Made by a program: the position numbers and the translations under genes. The notes under the pieces are model-generated. The model saw only the letters and a program-made list of their open reading frames with translations, made no database searches and had not been told where the DNA came from. A stretch of 63,993 nucleotides of DNA, the filler included, from Streblomastix strix (lineage: Eukaryota): NCBI GenBank assembly GCA_008636045.1. It is 4 parts of 4 records of this genome, joined end to end, with 100 filler letters (N's around TTAATTAATTAA, not from the genome) between each part and the next. Parts side by side here need not be neighbours in the genome. Positions count along the whole stretch, not along the records: positions 48,433 to 63,993 come from SNRW01000963.1; 3 more parts are not named here. One strand, 5' to 3'. Numbering within the stretch: the first letter of the stretch is position 1; every line of letters starts with the position of its first letter. Positions 51,317 to 63,993 of the stretch are shown here, piece after piece.

Positions 51317-54300
51317 TCACCATTTAATTTCTTTTTCTTCTTCTAATTGTTTAACAGTTGGTGCAACTAGTTTTTTCAATGATCTGATAATACACGATGA
51401 TCCAATCTTCTTCATATATATCTATAAATTGTTAACGGAAAACATACAAAATTACAATAAAAATTATTCAAAATAAATATAAATTATTTATTAATTAAAT
51501 ATGAAATAGCAATTTCATACTATAAATCGGACTTTTTCTTTTATCCTTGAAAAGTAAACTGGTTGTTGGACTTCATCTAAGAAGAAAGTGAGTGTTCCTT
51601 TTTCAGAATCAAACTCTAATCTGACAATTTAATTGTTTTGAAACATTTCATTTCCTGGAGTATAGCTTCCTTTATATAATACAGTGTTCATTCCCCAACC
51701 ACTAAACATAATTTAAATTAATTAAAATTAAGATTTAATGAATTAAAATTACTAATTTTACCCTTTTCCATATGCAGCAATATTTTGATCGTCTATGTTA
51801 TGTTAAAAAAAATATGTTTATATAAATTATTATCTATTATAACAATTTGATAATATTGACATACGAGGTGATTTGTTGATATATGTGTCAGCAGGAATTT
51901 TGTGTGAATTGCGGACAATACCAACAGCTAATTAATTATTCAACAAAAAAATAAATAAAAATAAATTTTTATGAAATTATCTGATATTATTAATTTCAAA
52001 CCAGTATATCCATTTGATGAATTAGAAAACTCAGCTTCCATTGACCAAACACCTTTCTCGAGCACTTGCGTCAATGATACTGTATTGTTCTTATTTTCTT
52101 TCTTACTAATCTTCCTCATAACTCCATCCACATCAGTAAATTCAATTTCTTTTGGATCTGGATTGATAATTTTTATTGGAAATGCTTATCCAAGATCTTT
52201 AAAATTTATTTACTTGGTTTATTTAGGATCAGGTTCTGTTTCTTTTCCTTATTCTGTTTGCTAGACTTTTAAAGTTTATATCCTTTAATAGTTTAATTTT
52301 TCTTAATCAATTTTCAAATCAATTATTTTTTCTTATTCTGATGTTAAATTAATTTGCTTTTCTTTATCATTTTATTGATCAATTTATTTTACTTATTCTA
52401 TTTATTTTTCTTATTCCATTTATTAATCCTTTTTTAATTCAATTTATTATTCATTTTCTTATTCAATTTTTTATTCGGTTAATGATTCTTGTTCTGTTTT
52501 CTAATCGACTTATTTATCCTACTCAATTTTTTAGTCAATATATTCAAACTTTTCTTCAAGTTTCTATTTTTATTCTTTTTCTTTCTTCAAACGAATTTGT
52601 TTCTGTTCTTCAGTTTCCTATATTTTCATTTCAGTTTCATTTTCATCGCTTTCTTAATCAAGATCTTCAATCAAAATCATGTTCTATTCAATAACTCTTT
52701 CTTTCTCAGCTTTCTCCCTTTCAATTTCTTCTTTTAATCTCAGAATCTCATATTCTCTTTCTTTTTCTTTCTCTTCTATAAACCTCATTTCAGAGCTAAT
52801 CTTCTCGTCTCCGAATTTGAGCTTCAATCGCGCGATTTCATATTTAAATTTGTCAATCTCTCTTTTAAGCTGGAAATTCTCCTCATCGACTTTCCTTTTC
52901 GATGTTTCAACATCTTTTCGTCTTTTTTCTTCTCTTTTTGATCTGGATGCATATTTTTCTGCTTTTGAGTTTGCTTCTGTTATTTCTTCTGTTTTGATCT
53001 TAATATCAATACTGGCTTATTGAATCTTTTCTTCTTATTTGATAATTGTTTTCTCGATTTCCTCAACATTTTTAAGCGCTATTTCTTTCAATTTTTATTC
53101 ATCTCGTTTTTCTTATTCAACTTCTTATCTTTTTCGTGTTTCTTCTTCAATAATCTGCTCTAAATCTTTTTTCAATTTATCTTTAGCATCAATTTCTGCA
53201 TGATATTTAGATTCAAATTCACTAACAAGATTAAGCTCAGAATCAAGGTTGTTTTTAAGTCTTTCAATATCCTTTTTCTGCTTTTCAATTAATAATCTCA
53301 ATTTCTGATTATCTTCCTCAGCAAATCTTCTTTTCTCTTATTCCATTTTTTTGTTTCTCTCTTCTTCTTCTGATCTTTCAACAGCATCTTTCTTATCTTC
53401 AATCTAATATTTCAATGCTTATTCTAATTTTAGTCGTTCTTTTTCTTTTTCAATTAGTTTATTTTCAGTTTCTTTTTCTTATTATAATTGCAATTTCATT
53501 TCTTTGTTTTGCTTTTTATCTTATCGCATTGATTATTCAGCTATTTTTAATTTACTATCGATTTCTTTGTTATGAGTTTTTTCTTTCAAAAGATTTTATT
53601 CTAAAAGGCTTATTTAATCGTTTAATTTAGATTCAATATCATCCTTCTCTTATCGAAGTTATTCATTTTCTATACGAAGTTATCGAATTTATGTAGCTGT
53701 CGAACTTGACTGATAAATGAATATTTATTAAAATAATATGAATAATAATGTGAAAATATAAATTATAAATATATTAATAAATAATAAAAATAAAAATATA
53801 TACAAGAAATCGTAGAAAATTTTTTTTTATATTTATACTTCAGAGGCCAATGAAAAACTTCTAGGAGTTTCATTTATTCGTATCGGAGATTCAAGTGCAT
53901 TACTAGAATCACCACTCATTCCAAAATTTAGCTGTTGGATACTAGAAAAATGAATTTTTAAGGAAATTGCATGAATATGAATCGATAAGAGAATAATTAA
54001 AAACAACATTATGACAAATAAAAAAATTCGTTTGCATACTGATTAAATTAAAGGTTTGTGAAATGAAAGAAGGTCAAGGCGTACTGCAAAACTAATACCT
54101 TTATTTTTGAAAATTAAGCCGTTTACAATTTAACTTTCAGTGTTATTTATTTATTATAATAATTTTGTATAAATTAATTTAATAAAAATTTTAATTGATT
54201 TTCTATCAATATTCAACTTTTTATCAATTTTTTCTTTTAATCGAACATTTTCGACCATCAATTATTCATAACTTCTGATAATTATATTATTGTTACCTAA
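51317..54300 (-). CDS. Multi-exon coiled-coil protein with a C-terminal SPRY/B30.2-like domain; 5' end approximate
   Basis: Long E/K/Q coiled coil, then TVSLTQVLEKGVWSMEAEF, VGIVRNS, GNEMFQNNQIVRLEFDSEKGTLTFF...QQPVY...KEKVRF...EIKW*; GT-AG introns. Confidence 0.7.
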
Positions 54301-54765
54301 TTATATTTTATCAATGCATTTTTAATAAATTTTCACAAATAACTCACGTAATCTTTAGTTATTCGATTCTAAAGATTTTTTCTGCATTAAACTCGATTTT
54401 TCCCTATTAATCAGTTTAATTTATTTATTTTTTTGAATTGAACTTTTATTCTTATTTTATTTCAAGCCAAATTTTACCGTTTATACATTTTTCATTTCCT
54501 TAGTTTGGCTTAAAACTTATTCTCAAACTAAAAATAAATTGAAAATCTATTCATTTTTTAGTTTATAAATTTATATTTTTATATTAGTTATATTTATTAT
54601 TACATTTTTCAATTATTTTAATTCTTTTTCTTTTTATAATCTTCATATTGAGATTTAAATAAGAATATTATTTTTAATATATTTTAATTATATTTTTGAT
54701 ATATTTTTCAAATTAATTTTTTTTAATTCAATAACAGAAACCTATATTAGCATCATAATTTTGAA

Positions 54766-55613
54766 ATGGGCAACAACTTAGAAGGTATTTTTTAATTTAC
54801 AGTTAATAATTTATTTATTTTTATTTATTTATATTTATTTTATTTCTTTTTATTTTTCTTTTTATATTTTCTTATTTTAACTTTACTTCAGCATAAAATA
54901 AATAATAAAAAAAAGTGGAACAACAATTTTAGGATAAAATAGAAAGAATTATTTCATTTGCATCATTATATAAATCAAGTAAGAAGACATTCCTGAGTAA
55001 AGGAAAGAATTAATATTAATCAAAATTCTCACATTCCCAAAAAATTATATTTCGTTCACTTGGTTTCCTTATGATTCAAATCTTGAATAATAATAAATGC
55101 AAATCAATAATCTAAATCCCAAACTTACTTCACTCATTAACTATATTAAGCTCGTATAAACTCAATATCCATTTAAATAAGAAAAAAGATAAATATTCAA
55201 ATGTGATTAGGTTTTTTAGCAGAGATTGTCTTTGGGTAATTTAGTATTAAGGTGATGAATAAGCACAATCTGAACTAATCAACGTTGGATATGGAAGAGT
55301 ACTTATCATATCAGTAAGTACTGCAGGTGGGACAGGTGAGGACTAAAATGATACTGAAATCAGGCTTAGATTGATTTACATCTAGTGGTTCCTCAGAGAT
55401 CTCCATTATGGGAAAATTTATTAGTAACCATCCTTTCCACCATAACCAGCTCTTTCTAAAATCTGCGCTGAACAAATAGAAGAAGAAGGAGGAAATGAAG
55501 AAGTTGAATCATTTTTAATGAATAAAGAAAAAGATGAAGCTATCAGAGTCAAAAGAAGTATATCGAATTTCTATGCTGACAAGAGCAACAATCATCAATA
55601 TTTATATTATTGA
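54766..55613 (+). CDS. Host lineage-expanded ARM-like family protein with one intron
   Basis: ATG GGC AAC then a GT..AG intron; GDEQAQSELINVGYGRVLIISVSTAGG...EQIEEEGGNEEVES...*. Confidence 0.6.
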
Positions 55614-56197
55614 TAAGTTTTATCTGTTTTACATTTGTGTAGCAATTATCCATTTCATACTAACTAGTATAATTCACTTTTTTAATTATTTAATCTTATT
55701 GTAAATATAATCATTTGACAATCGAATAATATTATTGATAAATATTATTTGAATATGTTTGAATTATAATTATTTATTTTAATAGTAGACACGAAATAAA
55801 CATAAAATTGCTCGTTTCTGGTTCAACAAAATAAATATATATTAAATTTTAATTTTTTTAATATTAATTAATTTGTAATTTTTATATTATATTTGTTATA
55901 TTAACCACACTGGCTGCTAGAATCATTTTTAAACTATTAATTATTTTTATACAATATTTCTTATTAATATCTTATTATCCTAACAATAATTATACGATTC
56001 TGTAAATATTACATAAGTTTTTATAATTAAAATTTTGTTTGATTCTTATTTTGCGAATTAAAATTTCAAATTTTAGTTTTCATTTTTTATTTTAAACATA
56101 ATTTTGTGGCATATTTTGTATTATTATATATGGCTTTAATATTTTAATTATTATATGTATTTTCATTTAAAAATATAATTAATTGTAGAATTACATT

Positions 56198-58582
56198 ATG
56201 AGTAACGACAAGGGATTAAAAGTTGCAAATTAATAGCTTCTAAACTTCCTTTTTTCAAACGAAGGCGATTAATAAGCATAAATTGAGAACAAAACTGATT
56301 TTTAACAATCAATATCCCATCAAAAAATTCCAATAACAAGCATGTAGCAGTCATCATCTTCAGAAAAAGGAACAACAGTATCTAATATATTAACTCCCGT
56401 TAAAGCACCATTTCAACCACAACGCCAATTACCAGTTCTAAGTCCAGCTCGATTTTCACCAGCTGTGAATAGTAAAGCATTCTAATATCCTTCAATCTAA
56501 CTTGCTCACATTAACTCAGATACAAGCATCACATCTCAAATCCAACCCCGAGAACATCATGTACCTCCTCTAATTGAAATGAAATCTGCGCCGCCTTGAG
56601 CATTTGTGCGTGATGGAATTGTACGCCCTGTTAATAGCGGTGATATTTCGAGTATTGAAGTGAATGGTGATGAGTTGAATGAAGAAGCGAGACGTGCTGT
56701 TGATGAAGAAGAGAATCGGAAGATGGAATTTATTGAAGAACAAGAATAAGAATAAGAAAATGATGAAGATGCATCAGAAGCTGAACTTTGGATGTAATGG
56801 CAGAAAGAACAATCAAATGAGAATAAATTAGAAAAAATTGAAAAATAAGAAAATGAATAAATTAAATAATAACAAAATATTAATATTAGTAAGTCAACAA
56901 TTGAATTGAATAATTAATAATAATAAATACAGAATCTTTCTGATTTAAGTGAAACTTAAAAAGAAACATTAAAAGATTATATGAAAGAAATCAAAGAATC
57001 AAAACTGATTGCTCAACATAATAAATAATTGATATAAGAAGATAAATAATAACATTCAAATTAATAATGGGAACAAGTTCAATAATTAGAAAACTAATGG
57101 AGAGAAGAAATGAAAAATCCAATTAATTAATCATCATCACCAAAACAAAAGAATTTTTAATCTTCATCTTCATTTCCATCTGAAGTTTAATTTAAATCAT
57201 CAAATAATCAAAGTATTGAATGGATGAAGCAATAAGCTTCTGAATAAATAGTTTGGGGACCACAAAGTCGAAAAGAAAGTCGATCAGGAAGCCGATTTGG
57301 ATAAAATAAAACAGAAATAATGAAATTTAAAGATAAATAAAGCTAGGAAAGCTTTGCTGAGTTCAAACTTCGACATTAATAGATGAAGAAATAATAATAA
57401 CAATAATCTTCATCATCTCAAATAATTGAATCCTCAGAAACAAAATCTGAATCTAAAACCAAGAAATATACCCCATACACATTTTCAGATTTCAAGAAGA
57501 TTCAATCACAGTCAGTGAAATTAGGAGGATTGGGACCTGATTTAGAAAATGTTGAAGTAAAGAAGAAAAAAGCAGACAGAGAAAAAGTTATGGAATTTGC
57601 AGATAAATAAAAGAAAGAAAATTTTGAGAAAATTCAGAAGCTTCGAATAAAACAATAATAATTGGATGAAGAAAGATAAAATTAAAAATAATAAGAATCA
57701 AATTAAAAACAAAATAAACCAAAAAATAACAACGAATAAAATTAATAATCAGTTGAAAATGAAGATTTATTCTAAACTGATCCAACATCAAAGTTTTTTA
57801 ACACGCAAACAATACAAATCAATTCTCCAAATATCAAACAAACTTCCGACATTTCATAATCAACTTCAACTTCATCTTCATCAGCACAATCACCAACTCA
57901 TTATTAATTAGAAACAATAAATCCTCCAAAAGATGTAAATCCATATTCAATATTATAATCATCAGCACCAATATTCCCATAAATCCAAAAATAGAATTTT
58001 GAATAATAACAAAATAAATAAAATAATAAAGAAATTAATTTTATTAGAAAATCACCATTAGAAGAAGAATTAGAGAAAAAGAAGATGAGATAACCAAGTT
58101 CTCGAGAAAAAGCACTGAAATTCGCTTCAAACATCACCAAACCCAAAATATAATAGTAACAAAAATCATCTGGAAATGATAAGAAAGAATAATCATTAAC
58201 TAAAAATGAATTAAATAATATCAATTTTAATAATAAAAATTCTTCATTATCAGAAATTGGATAAAAAGATCCAGAACTTGCACATTTAGAGAAGATGTTA
58301 ATGTCAATGGAAGAAAGACACAATAATGACCAATTGAATGTTGCATACGCCATGAAGAATTAATTCAGCACCTCAAACACTGCACATCGTATTTCATCTA
58401 AAGACAACAATGGAATTGTATTTTCTTCAACAACAACAATGAATATGAATCAACACAATGGTCTGAAGCCAGTAACACCAGGAGCTGTACCACATCGTGC
58501 ATTGACTGATGCTGACATCATCCGTAATCACGAGATTGCAGAACAGTATGCAAAGCTGATGACTAGCGACAAGAAGAATTGA
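56198..58582 (+). CDS. JHY-like (C11orf63 family) ciliary protein, 794 aa, apparently a single exon
   Basis: ATG and TGA are in frame (2385 nt) under TAR=Gln. Motifs YTPYTFSDFK..VKLGGLGPD..REKVMEFA, SREKALKFASNITKPK and MEERH match my recollection of the JHY C-terminal domain. Confidence 0.7.
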
Positions 58583-59256
58583 AATGGTTTTGTTTGATAG
58601 AGTGACTATTTACTTATTTTGATAAATGCTTTTTTATTTCGTCTCTTTTATTTTGTTCTTCATGTAATAGTAATGTATATTAGTCGTAATAATAAAAATC
58701 AACAACATATGAAAATTTATTACTTTTTCACTATCAAATATTGAAGTGATGAAAACTTTACGAATAAATAAAGTATTATTAAAATAACATTATCTCTTAT
58801 ATTTAAAATGAATTAGAATATTAAAGTATGACAAGTCAATATATTACAATTGTTTGATAAAAACAAAGATGAAGCTGAAAGGACTAATAAGTGTAAAAGA
58901 AAAATAAATCATCTCTCTCAGATTCAGTGAAGTAGAATTATAAAAAAAAGAGATAATACATTGTTATTAAATGTTAAAGATAAATCTGAAAATTTAAAGA
59001 TTAATTAGTTCAATAGTAAAATATTATTATCTCTTTATAAATAGATGGGATATAATATAAAAAATGATGAGTTAATATATTAAAATAGTATGATAAAGAT
59101 TGAGATAAAAATTTTAAAGATTAAAAAGTGTAAAAGTAAAATAATATCATCTATTAATAATAAAGTGAAATAGAAAATGAAAAAAATTAAGCTAAAATAT
59201 AAAGTTAATATTATTAAAATAATTAGTGCATAATATTACTACTGCCATTTATTTGT

Positions 59257-62202
59257 TCATTCAGGAATAGTAAAGCCATCACTATCAATCTCAGTCTGGT
59301 TCACTATATAATAAATAGAAAATCAGAAATTATAATTTGAATAAAATTAATAATTTAATAATTAAAAATATATATGAAATATATTATATAGCAAACATGT
59401 TCTTTAATCAAGATATTTCAATGCAACTTCTGCCTTTTCTTTCAACAAAGCATCAGAATCACTCAGAATACTTTTGATATGGTTAATGATATCCTTAAAT
59501 ATTTAAATTTCGGTAGATTAATGTTCACTGAAAAGATAACAGATGCAAAGAGCTGATCTGTCTCTACTATATTTATTTCTATTCTTTTGAAATAAAGCAA
59601 AGAGTTTCTTTATTCCATCGCATGCTTAAATTGATTCATAATGTGGATGTGGTTCTGTAACTGATGTTGTGATGGAACCAGTTTAAAGAAGAAGCAAAAT
59701 TGAGATAATTGCATCATTTGCAATAAGATCATTTGAATGTTCTAATAGATGAATTAAACCATGATATGGATTTTTGTTGTAAATAAGAAGTTTTACTTCA
59801 TCATTAGCAGGAATTATGAAATTGATGAATGTTTCAGAATATGTTCGAGTAATTGCATTAAAATCTCTGTTGGTGAAGGTGAAAATAAGACTTTCAACAA
59901 TTCCGGATGAAATTATTCGTTTACGAAGTTCATTATCATTACGACCTTTTAACACAGATTAAATAAGAAGAAGATCATTTTCTTGTTTTAGGAGAATAGA
60001 TTTTTTTTTATTATTTGGTCGTTCTTACAATTGATTATTTCAGATCTTATTCAATATTCTTCAATTCTTCATCATTAAGAATCTCAGATCGGTTTGCTTT
60101 TAAAAATTAAAAAAAAATTATAAATGAATAATATATTAAAATAGATTTAATTTCAATATTTTGTATTTAAAATTTTATAAATAAACATACTTTCATTTTG
60201 AGCAAGATATTTCAGTGCTTCTTTTGCTTTGTTTATGGTCCATTCATCAGAATCACTCAGAAGACTCTTGAGATTATTGATAATCACTTGTCTCATTGTT
60301 AAATCTGTTATCTCACGAGATTTGAAGAGGTATCCAATGCAAATTGCTGCTCTGTCTCTGCTGTATTTGCTCGCATTCTTTTGAAATAAAGTGAACATCT
60401 TTTTTATTCCATCATGTTCTTAGATTGATTCATAATGTGGATGTGGATCTGCATCTGGTGTTGTGTAGGAACTAGCTTGAAGAAGAAGGAAGATTGAAGC
60501 AATTACATTAGCTGCAATGTCATCATCTGAATGTTCCAATAGACGAATCAAACCAGGATATGGTTTCTTATTGTAAATAAGAAGATTGACTTCATCGCTT
60601 GAATTGATTATGAGATCGATGTATGCTTCTGTATAAAATTAATTGATGGAATCAAGATCTCTATGTGTGAAAATGAAGATGAATCCATCTATTACTCCAA
60701 CATCAATAATTTTTTTAAGATAATCAAAATCATTTCTCGATCCTTTTAAATTAGAAGTTAAAAGTTTACAACCATTTGATTGTTTCTTAATTATATCTTT
60801 CTTTTGTGAGTTTGTTCCTTCAAATGGTAATTTCATATCTTTTGCAATTTATTACAAAGTTTCTATATTAATATATTCTTATTATATTATTTAATCCTTC
60901 ATTCCTATTTCATATTTTTCATTCTCAATCTGTGTTATGTTTTACATTAATTCTGAATTAAGGAGTTCATCAGCAGTTGGTCGTTTTAATGAATCCTGAA
61001 ATTTAGATAATTTTCAAAAATTATTATTATTAATTATAAAACCAAATAAAAAAATAGTAATAAAAATTAAATTAAAAAAATAAAAATTTTTAATAAATAT
61101 TATGATGTTATGAATAAGCAAACTGGATTTATCATGGATATAATCATTGTTTTCAATTCTCCTTATATATAATCTGGTAATGGTTTGAACCTCCCATTTT
61201 TAATATTTTGCACTGTCTCATCCAAAGTTCGACCTAAATAAGGATGGGTACCTGTAATCATTTCTACAACAATTACACCTAATGCCCAAATATCACTGGC
61301 TTCTGTCATCCTGAATTATTAAATTATATATAATTTGATGATATTTAAGAAAATATTAGAAATAATATTTATTTAATTATAATTTTATTTCATGAATTAA
61401 AATTTTGTTTCATACAAGTTTTATTCATGTGCTTCTGGAGGCTGATAATATCTGATAATCAATATATAAAATTATTAATATATAAAGAGAAACAACTATT
61501 AAAATTATAATTCCATACTATGTACCAGCAGCATAAATATGCGATAAACTCTACATTTTTAGCGCAAGACCAAAATCTCCTGTTTTGGCATTTCCATCTT
61601 TATCAAGGAAGATATTCTCTGGTTTAAGGTCGCGGTGGACAATTTTCAGTGAGTGAAGATGTTTAAGACTCATTAAGACTTAGAAAAAGATAATCTAGCA
61701 CTTCTATAAATTCAATTTAGTGTAAAAAAATATGTAAAAGAATTAAATATAAAAAAAATAAAATATAAAGGAGAAACACATTTAATTTATCATTAAAAGT
61801 CCATGTTTTCATTGTATAAATTAAATCGCGCAAATTTCCACCCTAACAGAATTCTTGCAAGATACAAATATCAACATCAAAATGAAATCCAGCAATTAAT
61901 TGAACAGTGTATTAAGACTAAGCAAGCTTCAACATCGCAACTTCTTCATCAGCCATCTTCTTTTCTTCTTCACTTAAATATGACAGACGTTTCATTATGA
62001 ATTATTCCTTAGAACTCTTCAATTCGACTATATAAATACGTCCAAATGCTCCGGTTTTAAGCGACTTTATGATTTTGACTGAAATAATAAAAATTTTTAA
62101 TTTTAATAAAATTAGGAATAAATTAATTATAAATATAAAAATAGGAAATATACAATCCTCGTATTTGTATCTACTAGCTTGGCCAGATATGTTATTACCC
62201 AT
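59257..62202 (-). CDS. NEK-like Ser/Thr kinase fused to two ARM-like repeat blocks; multi-exon
   Basis: [47 protein letters not shown]; duplicated [31 protein letters not shown] units; ends DGFTIPE*. Confidence 0.88.
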
Positions 62203-62989
62203 AAACAAATCTAAAAAACATATAAAAAATTAAAAATGTAAAAATAAAAATGTGGAATGAATAGTGTTATAAAACATTTCATAATAATATATAATAGACA
62301 TTTTAATATAAGTCATAAATTGTGAAGAATTTAAAATAATTAAATGATCGAGTGTGAGTTAAAAAGGTATTTAAAAAAAAAAATCTGTAAAAATTACAGT
62401 TATAAGTAAATATAATTAAATTTTGTTATTTATACTTTAAATGCAATGAAACTATCAATAATTATTTGATAATTTATATTAAATGAAAATTCTATATTAG
62501 GTTGTACAATCAAGTAAAAAAAATAAAAATTGGAATATAAATTTATAATTGATTTAAGTTTCTTATAATAAAAAAACTAATTTTAAATGTAAAAAATTTA
62601 AAGCTGTTGTTAATTACAAACGATAGTTTCATAATACATTCAATTATTTTTAGTTTGGATCATGGGTGGGAAACAAATTTTTATTGTTGGGTGGGTTTTG
62701 CATTGCTTAAAAACTATGGAGTTTAAAATATAAAAATTCCAATAGAAGTGATTAATACATTTGATGTAACTTTTATAGAATCAATAAAATCACTAAATCA
62801 ATCTATTTATGATGTTATATTTGATATATGTTATAGTGATACAAAGAAAATGAAAATAAAAAATGTAGAAAATTAAATATTGAAATGGAATAGAGAAAAA
62901 TTTTACAAAAAAATATAAAAAAACAAATAATGAAAAACAAATATAATAATATATTTTTAATATAATATATTCTTATTACAATTAAATTA

Positions 62990-63993
62990 TGTATTTTTCA
63001 ATTTTAATCTTCATTAGTCCATCTTTCGATATGATCTTCATCAAAATCAATTCCTTATTGTCTATATCTCTATTAATTGTATTAATTATTAAAATCCTAT
63101 TATTAAATAAACTAATAATCTATATCAATTTCAATATTAGAAACATTTTATATAGGTTCTTTCTTTTTCCCATATTTTTTATCGTAATTGCCATCTTCAA
63201 GTTCCTTTCTCAATCTCGCTATTATCGCTTCATAATCTTTCTCGTCCATACTTTCCTCTAACAAATCATCATTTTTGTATTTTTCATTATTTATTTAATT
63301 GTTTTTTGTTTATTATTATTCATTATATCTTTTATTAATTTCATCTTTTATTTATTATTTTTCAAATTCAACATTATCAGACTTCTATAATATTTATTAT
63401 TGTTGATTTGTTTAACTTGTTCCTCTTTTGTTTGGCGAGTCTTTATTCATTTTTCTTCTTACTTTTTCTAATTCATTCATTTTCTTTTCAAGATCAACAA
63501 GTTTTGGACTTTTTCCTTATTGTGGTATTGATTATTATTCATTCTTTTAATTATCTATTTTTTATTGCAGTTATCCAATATCAATTTATTGTTATTCTTA
63601 TATTAAGTTATCGACATTTTAATTAGAATTTGAATTTATTATTTATTCCTAAATTTCATCCTTATCTTCTTCTTATTATTCATAATCTCAATTCTATCGT
63701 TTTCGATTAGTATCTTTCTCAATTCCACCATTTTCATTTAATTTTTCATTTTCAATATCATTTTAATTTTTTAATTACGATTTTCTTTTATATTTCTCTC
63801 TCTCGCTATCAATTCCTCTTTATTTCAATCTTTTAATCTGTTTCTATTTCTCAACAACTCTCCTTCTTTCACTCTCAAGATTTCTCTACAATTATTTTTC
63901 TTTTTGTATTTCATCTAGAATTTATTTCTCCTTTTCTTTATCAGCCAATTTATTCAATTAGTTGTTGATATCATCATATTCTTTTTATAAATC
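62990..63993 (-). CDS. E/K/Q-rich coiled-coil protein fragment that runs off the window
   Basis: The minus strand is rich in GAA/AAA/TAA codons; no family recognised. Confidence 0.4.

Noticed and set aside
52482..53630. Hydrophobic F/L/I/S-rich ORFs resembling membrane proteins (also 4271-5061, 57588-58353 and 62989-63626)
   Set aside because: They are antisense shadows of E/K/Q-rich genes on the other strand that read through TAA/TAG.

Overview
This window is not one locus. It is four AT-rich eukaryotic contigs (1-16049, 16150-32193, 32294-48332, 48433-63993) joined by artificial 100-nt N/TTAATTAATTAA linkers. Genes open only if TAA/TAG are read as Gln and TGA is the sole stop, and host genes carry short GT-AG introns. 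With the expanded NEK/ARM and SPRY-like families this suggests an oxymonad such as Streblomastix (inference), so the supplied standard-code ORF track is largely misleading. Contig 1 is a 7.8-kb inverted duplication, probably an amplification or assembly artefact, containing part of a Polinton-like element. Contig 2 holds two DIRS retrotransposon relics, a hAT transposon and a CK1/TTBK-like pseudokinase ending in a CaaX box. Contig 3 is almost entirely a decayed endogenous Polinton/Maverick-like virus (candidate major and minor capsid, KilA-N, packaging ATPase, pPolB, integrase). Contig 4 holds a small TIR element, a DIRS relic and host genes (SPRY-like, ARM-like, JHY-like, NEK-ARM). The most striking observation is a ~95-bp bipartite repeat (3x8-bp units, a GAAAGTTTC core, 3-4x9-bp units). 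It divides the viral genome into gene modules and strictly alternates in orientation, so every module is flanked by inverted repeats. All translations were done by eye, and boundaries of decayed genes are approximate.
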